Shown here: in pieces, positions 33,852-42,556 of the stretch
How positions within the stretch are numbered: position 1 is the stretch's first letter
Layout of the letters: each line of letters starts with the position of its first letter
Assembly (NCBI GenBank): GCA_963759945.1
Contig: CAVXBH010000014.1
Span: forward strand, 88,884 to 152,883
Source of the DNA: an uncultured Solirubrobacteraceae bacterium
GTDB taxonomy: Bacteria; Actinomycetota; Thermoleophilia; Solirubrobacterales; Solirubrobacteraceae
DNA length: 64,000 nucleotides
Direction: 5' to 3'
Made by a program: the position numbers and the translations under genes
Notes under the pieces: generated by a model
The model's input: the letters and a program-made list of their open reading frames with translations, nothing else
The model's database searches: none
What the model was told of the DNA's origin: nothing

Positions 33852-36800
33852 CTAGGGAAAATAGACGTGGTAGGGGATGCTGAGCTCGGTGAGCAGCCTC
33901 TGAACATCGGCGCAAGGAGCCAGTCGCATTCTCGCGGTGCCTGCGGGACCGGGAACCGTATTCGCAGTGAAGTGATATTCGACCTGCGGGGATTTGTTTT
34001 TCTCGAAGAGATAGTGATCGCGCACGATCTCCGCGCGGGTAGCGGCGCCGCAGCCTCTGCCGTTCTTGATCTCGTGGACTGCGATGGCATCTCCGTTGCC
34101 GTCCCTAACGACCACGTCGGGCCGGCGGTTCGCTACCGGCTGCGGAACGCGGCTACCCGTGGGGCCGGTGGCGATGTCCAGCGCTCTGTACCGATCGGCT
34201 AGCTCGAGCCGATCTGCGTCATTCAGTCGATAGATCATCTGCTCGCTTCCGCCCAAGGCGGTTGCGAAGGTGTTCTGGGCGTCGCTTGCGCTGGTGAACT
34301 CTCGCACTGGCGTGCCGTCCGGCATCACACGACCGACCGATACTGCGTTGTCGAGGAAGTCGGCGAAGCGGACCATGTCTCCCGTGTCGCCGACGCGAAG
34401 TAGCGCCACAACATCGTCGGTGATCCCGTCGTGTCGGGCGAGTCGCTGGAGGGCTTCGGGCGGCACGCCCTCGACCTGTTCGAGGACGGCGCGGGCCGAG
34501 CCTGACGGGAACCATCGCGAGTTGAGCACCGCTCGAACCGCCGCACGCGATTTCTCAGGCACCCGCCGCACGAAGCGAACGACCTTCGCAATAGAGGCGG
34601 GGACGTCGCCAAACACAGGCACAAGTCCGGCAAGGGACAGTCCCGCACTCACGATGTCGCCGTGAGCAAGACCGACGAAGAAGGCGCCGACGTCGCTGAC
34701 GCCGATCACTCCCCCGGCAAGATCGCCCATGAGAAAGGCGATCGTGTCGCCTTGCCCGATGAGACCGCCGGTGAGGCCCTGGGAGAATTCGCGGAGGTAT
34801 GTGAGCCGCCCGATCTGCTCGTCAGGTACGAGGGGATCGAAGCCGAGATCCAGCTTGCGGTCCTCCTCGAGGTCGGTCAGTCCGTCGGCGTCGGTGTCCG
34901 CCAGCCGAGGATCCGTACCGAGCGTCTCTTCGTAGACGTCGTTAGCGCCATCACCGTCGATGTCATTCGAGCGGGGACTGCTGCCGCGGTCGTACTCGTC
35001 GAGGTCGTCGAGGTTGTCGGCGTCCGAGTCGATTGCCATCGGGTCTGAGACGACGTTGAAGATGGGCTTCGTTCCGACCTGCACGGCGAGGTTTGTGCCG
35101 AACTGCTCGACGTCGGTTGTGTTGAGCCGGTGGCCGAGTTCTTCGCCGTCGAGCAGACCGTCGCCGTCGGTGTCGTCGGTGTGCGGGTCCGAGAAGAACA
35201 GTCGCCCGGTGGCGGCGTCGAGTGCTCCGTCGCTTTCGTCGCAATCGCCGACGCCGTCGTCGTCGAAGTCGCCGTTGACCTCGTAGCGGGTGACGCGGGA
35301 TGCGACGAGCGGAACGTCGGCGGTCGTTCGGACTTGATGGAAGCGCCCGCCGGTGCGTTGTGCGATCTCTCGCAGCTTCGCCTCTCGTACTGAGTCGCCG
35401 ATCGCGATGGGAAAGATCGCGACGTTGCCGAGGTTCGACTGCGCGACTGCGGCGTCGATCTGACTGTCGAAGTTGCCCCAGCCCGCGGTCAGCAAGATCA
35501 TGGCTCGCGCGCGGTTCTCCTCGCGGGGAGCTGCTCGAAGGACCGAGTTGCCGCCGTGGATGACCTGGCCAAGATCGGCTGGCCGGTTGTAGAACTCGAG
35601 TTGCTGCAGGCCTGGCTCTAGCCGGGAGTGGTCCGCGGTGAGGGCGGTGATGATGCGGGTGCTGTCATCCGTTTCTGAGATGCCCGCTCGGTCTTGAGTG
35701 TCGAGTGCGCCGAAGAATGCCCTTGCCACGGCTTTGCGCAGCGTGAAGCCAGGGTCGTTGTCCATGGTCTGGACGCCGACGTCGATCGCGACGGCGAGAT
35801 CGAGCGTCGGCGGGTTGCCCTGGCAGCCGGGGACGGTGGTGGTCCAGCGCTGCTTCCAGGTGACGATGTTGAACAGCGTGTAAACGGAGAAGTGATCGAC
35901 CGTTGCGGTGACGGTGCCGGCCAGTTCGTCGACTTCCTGTGACGTCGACGACGGCATCCATGCGCCGTGCACGTCGTCCCAGGTGAACACGCGAAGGTTC
36001 GCGCGTTCCTCAAGGGGAACGCTGCTTGGGATCGGCAGCGACACATTTGCGCTTTCGAACGTGGCGTCATCCAGTTTCTGTTCGTCGAGGTGTATGTCCC
36101 ACGAAGGAGCGACTTGAGCGAGCTCGGCCGCGGCGAGAGGGCCACCGGTTCCCAGGCTTGTGACCTGCAGTGCGCCGGCGACATCGCCTCGGCCGCTGAT
36201 CGCGACCGTGACGCCGTCGGTGAACTCTCGAGTCGTCGTTGTGATCTCATCGCCGTCCGAGACACCGTCCGCGTCGCTGTCTTCGACTAGCGGGTTGGTG
36301 CTCCCGTCGGCTTCGCTTGCATCGCGAAGGCCGTCGCCGTCCGTGTCTGAAGCGCGCGGGTTCGTTCCGATCTGGCGTTCGCGTGCGTCGACCAGGCCGT
36401 CCGAGTCGGTGTCCTTTGACATCGGGTCCGATCCGAATTGCTCCTCCTGCTCGGCTGTAAGGGAGTCGCCGTCGGCGTCTTCGAGGCCGTCCACGGTGCC
36501 GTCAGCGTCTGAGTCGGCCTGATCAGGGAGGGCTGCCGGGTAGCCGAACCGAATTTCGAAGCCGTCCGTCAGCCCGTCGCCGTCTTCGTCCTGGGCCGAG
36601 CCTCCGTCGAGGGAGTAGTCGAACTCGGCGACGTCAGCGACCTCGTCGTCGTCGGTGTCGAGCGTGGCCAAGTCGAACGGCAGCTCAAGATCATCAGTGA
36701 GACCAACGATGCGGGTCTTCGTGAGGGACTGGGCGCTCGCTTTGGCTCCGGCTGGAAGGGTCGCGGGGTTGACTTCGACGACGTACTCGCCGGGGATCAG

Positions 36801-39047
36801 GTCGGTCCGGTAGCGACCGTCGGCGTCGGTCGAGGTAGTCACCAGGGCCAGCGGCACGGCCACGCCCGCGATCACCGGCTTGAAGCCGACTTCGACGGCG
36901 CTAGCCGGTGCCCCTCGATCGAGGCCGAGAGAGGCCTTCGCTTCGAAGCTGACTCGACCCTTCACGCGTGCGAGGCGTTGGCTGGCGAGGATCGAGCGGG
37001 TCGTGGAGGTCGTGCTGACGTACCCGTCGGTAACGACGATTCGGTACGCCACGTCTGAGCGCCCGACGTCTTCCTTCGGGATCACAACGCTGAACTGCTC
37101 GAGGCCGGTCGCGGAGCGGACCTCCGGCGGCGCGGCGCTGAGGTCGAGCGGCACCTCTTGCATCGGAACGGAGGTCCACGTTCCGTCGCCAGTTGTGTAG
37201 CTGAGTTCCGCGTTGCAGCTGCCGGCACCGCAAACCACGAACGTGTCGACGGGAACGTCCTCTCCGAGCTTCAATGCCGACCTTGGGTCGATCGGCAACA
37301 CCTCTGGTGCCGATCGAACGTCCGTCATCCAGGCCAAATCGATTCCGGTATCAACTGCGGGCTGCGGCTGCGGCGATCCACCTGGCAGGGAGGTATCTGG
37401 GCGCAGGTTCAGCTGGATCGGCGACGAGGTGATAGCGCCGGGTCGCTCGTCTCCGATCGGGAGCGGACCGCCGAGGTAGGGGGTCCCGGGGGAGAAGGTG
37501 CTCAGATGGCCGTCGCTGCCGCGGATGAACCAAGAGAGACCGGCCGTCGTGACGTCGTCAGGCGGGACGAACGCCTCGTAGACGGTGACCCGGCCCAGCA
37601 GGTCAATCGAGGGACGCTGCGCAATCGGCTGCATTGGAACGCGCTGATAGCTGCCGCTTCGGGCGGGCGCGCCAGGCGCATAGAACAGATCGGCGCTGCA
37701 CTGTTGGGTGACGCAGCTGACGGTCGCCCGTACTCGATACGGCAAGGAAGGCGCTGTGCTCGGCGACGCCTGCGGCAGGATGTGCGGCGGCTCGAGGACG
37801 CGGATATGCCCGTACCCGACCCGGGTGCCGTCGATCGACACGTACCCATCCACGCTCGAGGTTCCGGGCCACCATGCGGTTCGTGAGCCGTCGGTGACGG
37901 AAAAGAAGTAGTCGACGCCTCGCGTGGTCGCGGCGCTAGCCGGGATCGTGCCGCGCGCTTCGATAGCGTCGAGAGGCCCCACCAGCCGCCGGGATACGGT
38001 CATCGGGACACTGGCAAACGTGGAGTCCGGATCGAGGAGGAGTCCGTTGCCGACCCGGTAGTAGAGCCTTGCCGTGCACGTCCGGCTCGGCGCGCAAGTC
38101 GCCGTGCCGCTGATGTCGATTGGTCGCTGGTAGAGGGCGGCGGCAGTCGGGGTGTGAACGATCCGGGGCGCCTCAACCACGTGGACGTGGTGCCACAAGG
38201 TCTCGACTCGCTCGAAGAGCTCGTCGTCGTAGAGCCTGCCCGGGCCGGGCGACCAGCTGATTGCGTTGCCGTCGGTGAGGCGAATCGCGTAGTCGACTCC
38301 GCGAGTGTCGACCGCCGACGCTGGAATCGTCGCTGCGAAGCCCTTGTTGCCAAGACCAAGCGCGGAGCTGGCGACGGAGAGCGGGGCCGCGGTCATCCCG
38401 ACGTTCGCCCAAAACTTGGGGCCGCCCTGGCCCCGAATGGTCTCCTCGAGGGCCGTCTCCCGCGTGGGGCTGTAAAAGAGCCGGGCCTGGCAATCGGGGT
38501 TCTCGCAACGAGCGTCGAAGTCGATCCGAAGCGGCTTGTCAGCAACGGCAAACGGCGGCGGAGCATGGACCAGCCCGGGGTCCTGCAAGACCCGGACGAC
38601 GTGAGGTGATTGCGTCGGGTTCTGGGCCGGATCGCTAACGGCGGTCGCGCCGTCAAGCGTTTCGATGTAGTACTCGAACGTCTCCCCGACGACGAACTCC
38701 GCGGGGATATCGCCGGCAAGGCTGGTGACTCCGGCTAGCTCCGACGCTCTAGCAAGTGAGAACGCACGCCATGGCATGCCGGGGGCTCGGCGTACGACCA
38801 CTCGAGCCGAACAAGACTCCTGGCACCTCATCGAGACGGAAACCGGAACGTCCTGTCCGTATCTAGCAACCGCCACGGGTGCGTGCACCGCGCTGCCCTG
38901 GGCTAGGGCGGTATCAGACGTCCACAGCCCCACCCCAACAACCGTGACGAGCCAAGTGGAAAGCCAGCGCGCGAGCCGACCATGATTGATGCCGAGCATG
39001 AAGGCCCTATCGGGGAGTTCACATATGTCCTCCAGCCCAATAGACAT
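33852..39047 (-). CDS. 1731-aa secreted polymorphic toxin: 5 novel Cys-pair repeats, CnaB-like domain, TSP3 repeats, vWA, TSP3 repeats, Gly-rich pre-toxin segment, PD-ExK nuclease-like tip
   Basis: Intact ORF. Signal MLGINHGRLARWLSTWLVTVVGVGLWTSDTALA (internal Met 17). Many DxDxDGxxDxxE repeats, vWA text AMILLTAGWG...IAQRTGGRF, and C-terminal RRPDVVV...AVHEIKNG. Confidence 0.85.
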   Translation of the reverse strand: MSIGLEDICELPDRAFMLGINHGRLARWLSTWLVTVVGVGLWTSDTALAQGSAVHAPVAVARYGQDVPVSVSMRCQESCSARVVVRRAPGMPWRAFSLARASELAGVTSLAGDIPAEFVVGETFEYYIETLDGATAVSDPAQNPTQSPHVVRVLQDPGLVHAPPPFAVADKPLRIDFDARCENPDCQARLFYSPTRETALEETIRGQGGPKFWANVGMTAAPLSVASSALGLGNKGFAATIPASAVDTRGVDYAIRLTDGNAISWSPGPGRLYDDELFERVETLWHHVHVVEAPRIVHTPTAAALYQRPIDISGTATCAPSRTCTARLYYRVGNGLLLDPDSTFASVPMTVSRRLVGPLDAIEARGTIPASAATTRGVDYFFSVTDGSRTAWWPGTSSVDGYVSIDGTRVGYGHIRVLEPPHILPQASPSTAPSLPYRVRATVSCVTQQCSADLFYAPGAPARSGSYQRVPMQPIAQRPSIDLLGRVTVYEAFVPPDDVTTAGLSWFIRGSDGHLSTFSPGTPYLGGPLPIGDERPGAITSSPIQLNLRPDTSLPGGSPQPQPAVDTGIDLAWMTDVRSAPEVLPIDPRSALKLGEDVPVDTFVVCGAGSCNAELSYTTGDGTWTSVPMQEVPLDLSAAPPEVRSATGLEQFSVVIPKEDVGRSDVAYRIVVTDGYVSTTSTTRSILASQRLARVKGRVSFEAKASLGLDRGAPASAVEVGFKPVIAGVAVPLALVTTSTDADGRYRTDLIPGEYVVEVNPATLPAGAKASAQSLTKTRIVGLTDDLELPFDLATLDTDDDEVADVAEFDYSLDGGSAQDEDGDGLTDGFEIRFGYPAALPDQADSDADGTVDGLEDADGDSLTAEQEEQFGSDPMSKDTDSDGLVDARERQIGTNPRASDTDGDGLRDASEADGSTNPLVEDSDADGVSDGDEITTTTREFTDGVTVAISGRGDVAGALQVTSLGTGGPLAAAELAQVAPSWDIHLDEQKLDDATFESANVSLPIPSSVPLEERANLRVFTWDDVHGAWMPSSTSQEVDELAGTVTATVDHFSVYTLFNIVTWKQRWTTTVPGCQGNPPTLDLAVAIDVGVQTMDNDPGFTLRKAVARAFFGALDTQDRAGISETDDSTRIITALTADHSRLEPGLQQLEFYNRPADLGQVIHGGNSVLRAAPREENRARAMILLTAGWGNFDSQIDAAVAQSNLGNVAIFPIAIGDSVREAKLREIAQRTGGRFHQVRTTADVPLVASRVTRYEVNGDFDDDGVGDCDESDGALDAATGRLFFSDPHTDDTDGDGLLDGEELGHRLNTTDVEQFGTNLAVQVGTKPIFNVVSDPMAIDSDADNLDDLDEYDRGSSPRSNDIDGDGANDVYEETLGTDPRLADTDADGLTDLEEDRKLDLGFDPLVPDEQIGRLTYLREFSQGLTGGLIGQGDTIAFLMGDLAGGVIGVSDVGAFFVGLAHGDIVSAGLSLAGLVPVFGDVPASIAKVVRFVRRVPEKSRAAVRAVLNSRWFPSGSARAVLEQVEGVPPEALQRLARHDGITDDVVALLRVGDTGDMVRFADFLDNAVSVGRVMPDGTPVREFTSASDAQNTFATALGGSEQMIYRLNDADRLELADRYRALDIATGPTGSRVPQPVANRRPDVVVRDGNGDAIAVHEIKNGRGCGAATRAEIVRDHYLFEKNKSPQVEYHFTANTVPGPAGTARMRLAPCADVQRLLTELSIPYHVYFP

Positions 39048-39112
39048 TCGTTCGAAGCAACATTGCTCAGGAAGAGGTCAAGTCGCCGGACGAAGCGGTC
39101 GATTCGGAATGC

Positions 39113-39676
39113 GTGATGTGCCTGTTCCGGATCGTCTCATTGCTCCTCACGGTTGGATGGGTCACGGCCTGCGGGGCTTCGTCAACAGAGCCCGACTCGC
39201 TGCGCCCGACAGCCGCAGCGCATGACGACGGCCGCCCCGCGACGGGTCCGACAGACCAACGGGTTGAGACGGGCCGGACTCATGCAATGCCCGGACGTTT
39301 CCGAACATTCATCGACGCTGCCGGGGATTCTCGCGTCGCAGCGCGCGATCTCATTTCGGCCTCAGTGGGCAGCCGAGGCAATGACGCGGTCGCCGTGATA
39401 TCCGCGACACGCTGGGTTCCGGGGGAGACGGTCCGACTGCGGCTTGAATCGCGATCGGCGGACGCGCGCCTTAAGTCGAGCGATGCTTGGACTGTGTCGG
39501 CCGCCGCCGACACCGCTCGGACGAACACCGCCGATGAGCTGATCATCGAAATGAAGGGCACCCGTCCTGAATCCGTCCTCTCCGTTCAGCTGATCGAGAA
39601 CGGTCGGGCGGTCGACGAACTCCAGCTCGATGGCACCGAGCCTGCCGGCGACGCTGCAGCTGGCGCGAGCTGGTGA
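39113..39676 (+). CDS. lipoprotein, hypothetical
   Basis: MMCLFRIVSLLLTVGWVTAC lipobox-like signal. Divergent from the toxin gene. Confidence 0.6.
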   Translation: MMCLFRIVSLLLTVGWVTACGASSTEPDSLRPTAAAHDDGRPATGPTDQRVETGRTHAMPGRFRTFIDAAGDSRVAARDLISASVGSRGNDAVAVISATRWVPGETVRLRLESRSADARLKSSDAWTVSAAADTARTNTADELIIEMKGTRPESVLSVQLIENGRAVDELQLDGTEPAGDAAAGASW

Positions 39677-39769
39677 TCATCGTCCCTCGCTAGCCCGGGC
39701 TTCCACTTAGTCGACCCACCCAGAAGAATTCAGCCGCACAGGAAGGCCGGACGCTTCCTGCCAGTGTCG

Positions 39770-40260
39770 ATTCAGACCTTCAAAGGCCGCTGCAGAGCCA
39801 AAGAGCTAACCCGCGCGGATCGCAAAGGTCCTGTCAAACCACCCGGCATGTTGCCGCAGTGTTGCCACCTGCCGCTGCCTTGCGGACCCCGGCACGACGG
39901 AGACGTGGACCGAGTGGGGCCGCACCACAATCGAAATCGAAGGGTCGCGAGGCGCCTCCTTCGACGGTCCGTAAACCGCAAGGCTACGACAGACGAACGG
40001 ACCGAACAGCGGGCCGGACACCCTCTCCAGGCGGCTGCGGTCGCCCACGCCGAGATCCTCCACGAGACTGGGATCGATCCGGCCACGGTCGTCGAACACG
40101 CGTTCAGCGACCTGCTCTCGATCTGCGCGCTCCCTCACGGCGCGGCGCGGGTCAAGCACGACTCGTCTTCCCAAGCTCGTGATGCCCGGCGATCACCCGT
40201 CGCTTGTTGAGCTCGCTAAGTCCAGCGGCGCCGTCGGCATCCGCCTGCGCCAAGCCACGA
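39770..40260 (-). pseudogene. second decayed tyrosine recombinase C-terminal region (stops and frame breaks)
   Basis: Minus-strand text ...GKTSRA* / RRVVLDPRRAV...VATLRQHAGWFDRTFAIRAG* / LFGSAAAFEGLNRH. Shares about 100 nt with 31540-31640, including the exact GCATGTTGCCGCAG. Confidence 0.45.
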
Positions 40261-40445
40261 GACGACTCGCTCTCGCGTCCCTGAGCATGAGGTCAGGCTG
40301 CCACCGCTTCTGAGCTCACAGTGGGGGCATAACCGCTCGCCGCTGGATTGTCACCTTCCACGGGGCTCTCACCAACCCAGGCGCGGCTCAAACCGCCTCT
40401 GGGTGCCAGGCCGGCCCGCGACATACGTCGCAGGCCGGAACTGGG

Positions 40446-40652
40446 CTATTCGCCTGGCCGCGAAAGCGGGCCGATGTCTCCCGCCTCATACATCAGCGCC
40501 GTCGCGGTTTCTGCCGGGCTGGCCTCGAGCACGACAATGTCAGACTCCCTCGGCCGGTCAGCTCCACCGGCTGACTTCGCTGCGACGGCGGCTAACGCAG
40601 CCAAGATGCCGAGCGCGAGGACCAGGTGACGTCTGCGAGTGAGGGCTTGCAT
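40446..40652 (-). CDS. small secreted hypothetical protein
   Basis: MQALTRRRHLVLALGILAALAAVAA signal; 68 aa. Confidence 0.4.
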   Translation of the reverse strand: MQALTRRRHLVLALGILAALAAVAAKSAGGADRPRESDIVVLEASPAETATALMYEAGDIGPLSRPGE

Positions 40653-40860
40653 CCCGTTAGCTCACCGTAGAACTCGTGTTCTTGCAACTGAGTGTGCGCG
40701 AGCCCTGGCCGGTGCAGTCCCAGCCGCCACCCAGCTTGCCGAATCCCCAGAACTTGTTCGGGCTGTTCGTAGTCAGGGACACAAAGCCGCGCGCATAGTG
40801 TGGAGTTCCCCCGTTTCGCCGGACAGGGTTGAGCTTTCGGGGTCATCTTCTCTCTGATCT

Positions 40861-41772
40861 TCATTTGGTGGGGGTGCCGGCGAAGCCGGCAAGATCAGAA
40901 GGTGAGTCTGTGAGAGTGCCGTTCTCGTAGTCGATGGGCGAGAGCATCCCGAGCGTGGAGTGTCGGCGCCGCGGGTTGTAGAACGCTTCGACGTAGTCGA
41001 AGATTTCCGACGTCAGCTCGCGCCGAGTCGGCCAGGACTGGCGGTGGACGAGCTCCTTCTTGAGCGTCGCGAAGAAGCTCTCGGCGACGGCGTTGTCGTA
41101 GCAGTCGCCCTTGGATCCCATCGATTGGGCGATGCCGGCGTCGCGGCAGGCCTGGCCGAAGCCCAGCGCCACGAACTGACTGCCCTGGTCGCTGTGGAAG
41201 ACCAGCCCGGGCTGGGGCCGGCGTCGCTGGACGGCCATGTTGAGCGCGTCGACGACGAGCTCTGCGCGCATGTGATCGGCCATCGACCAGCCGACGATCC
41301 GACGCGAGTAGGCGTCCTGGACGGCGGCGAGGTAGAGCCAGCCTTGCCAGGTCCTGAGGTAGGTGATGTCAGCGATCCAAAGCACGTTCGGCGCAGCCGG
41401 TCGGAAGCGCCGCTCGACGAGATCGTCGGCGACGCGGACGCCGGGCACCCGGATCGTCGTGCGGCCGCGCTTCTTGGCGACCAGGCCGGAGATGCCGGCC
41501 TGGCGCATCAATCGCTCGACGCGCTTGCGACCGACGTTGATGCCTTCGGCGAGACGCAGTTCGGCGTGGATCCTGGGCGCGCCGTAGACCTTGCGATTGG
41601 TCGCCCAGATCTCCTTGATCTTCTCGAGCAGCCAGGCGTCGGTGAGCGCGCGATCAGACGGGACGCGGCCAGACCATTCGTAATAGCCCGAGCGGCTGAC
41701 GCCGAGCAGGTTGCAACACATCGAGACCGGGGTGCGGGCCTTCTCCGCCGAGATGAACCGGTAGACGCTCAC
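40861..41772 (-). CDS. IS3-family transposase OrfB (DDE integrase core)
   Basis: WIADITYLRT, HSDQGSQF and the CYDNAVAESFF..LK motif. GTG overlaps the orfA TGA (GTGA). Confidence 0.9.
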   Translation of the reverse strand: MSVYRFISAEKARTPVSMCCNLLGVSRSGYYEWSGRVPSDRALTDAWLLEKIKEIWATNRKVYGAPRIHAELRLAEGINVGRKRVERLMRQAGISGLVAKKRGRTTIRVPGVRVADDLVERRFRPAAPNVLWIADITYLRTWQGWLYLAAVQDAYSRRIVGWSMADHMRAELVVDALNMAVQRRRPQPGLVFHSDQGSQFVALGFGQACRDAGIAQSMGSKGDCYDNAVAESFFATLKKELVHRQSWPTRRELTSEIFDYVEAFYNPRRRHSTLGMLSPIDYENGTLTDSPSDLAGFAGTPTK

Positions 41773-42074
41773 CGGATCTCGGTCTCTGCTGCGAAGAAGG
41801 CCGCGGCTCGCTTGAGCAGATCACGCTCCTGCCTCAAGCGTGCATTCTCGCGCCTCAACTGACGCAGCTCCTCGAGCTCGCTGGTGGTCGGGCCGTCGTC
41901 TCGCTCATGGCGGTCACGCTGGTCCTGGCGGCGCCAGTTGCGGAGCGTCTGCTCCGAGCAACCGAGCGCGTCAGCCAGCTCTCGCGGCGACCGTCCCGCG
42001 CGCAACATCTGCACCGCCTCCCGGCGGAACTCATCCGGATACGCAGGTCTCGTCTTGGGCATGGCGGACACCAT
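41769..42074 (-). CDS. IS3-family transposase OrfA (HTH plus leucine zipper)
   Basis: PDEFRREAVQMLRAGRSPRELADALGCSEQTLRNW and ELRQLRRENARLRQERDLLKRAAAFF. Confidence 0.9.
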   Translation of the reverse strand: MVSAMPKTRPAYPDEFRREAVQMLRAGRSPRELADALGCSEQTLRNWRRQDQRDRHERDDGPTTSELEELRQLRRENARLRQERDLLKRAAAFFAAETEIR

Positions 42075-42139
42075 CCTTTCGCGGCTCGCGCTCGCAAGCC
42101 ATCAGGTGTCCGGAAAAGCGGGGGAACTCCAGGTGGGCT

Positions 42140-42382
42140 ATGGCGTGCAGCATCTCGCTCCTCATTTGTGGGGTCCTCGGACTCGGCCTTCTTGAAGCGG
42201 TGGCAACCGTCGAACCGGCCGATTCGGCGTGGAAGGATGTCTTCTCCGCGGTTGACGTGCTGGTGACCGGGCTCGCTGTGGGCGCGGGAACCAAGCCCCT
42301 CCACGATCTGATCTCGCGTATCGAGAAGTCCAAGAACAACGCGGATCCGGCCACAGCGGCCGCGACCACGCCCGTCGGATAG
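42140..42382 (+). CDS. small membrane protein, hypothetical
   Basis: MACSISLLICGVLGLGLL TM helix, high third-position GC. Begins 8 nt outside the IS end. Confidence 0.4.
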   Translation: MACSISLLICGVLGLGLLEAVATVEPADSAWKDVFSAVDVLVTGLAVGAGTKPLHDLISRIEKSKNNADPATAAATTPVG

Positions 42383-42556
42383 CCGCCGGAGCGTCGCGGC
42401 ACGCGGAAACCCTCCGAGACCCGTCCGTGTTGCCGCCGGCAATCCCGTTACGGCTTCGGCTCCGCCGCCAGCGACTGGTTCGCCCTGAGGCCTGCCTGCT
42501 GGTATTTGGCCGGATCCGGCGTCACCAAATCGGAGATGCCGGTATAAGCGCGATGC

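Larger units (their letters stand above)
40801..42132 (-). mobile_element. intact IS3-family insertion sequence with 25-bp imperfect terminal inverted repeats and GTG target duplication
   Basis: Left end TGGAGTTCCCCCGTTTCGCCGGACA. Reverse complement of the right end (C)TGGAGTTCCCCCGCTTTTCCGGACA. GTG at 40798-40800 and 42133-42135. The right boundary is ambiguous by 1 nt. Confidence 0.85.

Noticed and set aside
41760-41800. Programmed -1 frameshift slippery heptamer (A AAA AAG type) joining IS3 orfA and orfB
   Set aside because: No slippery run is visible near the overlap. I can only state that orfB has a GTG overlapping the orfA TGA, and fusion by frameshifting remains unverified.
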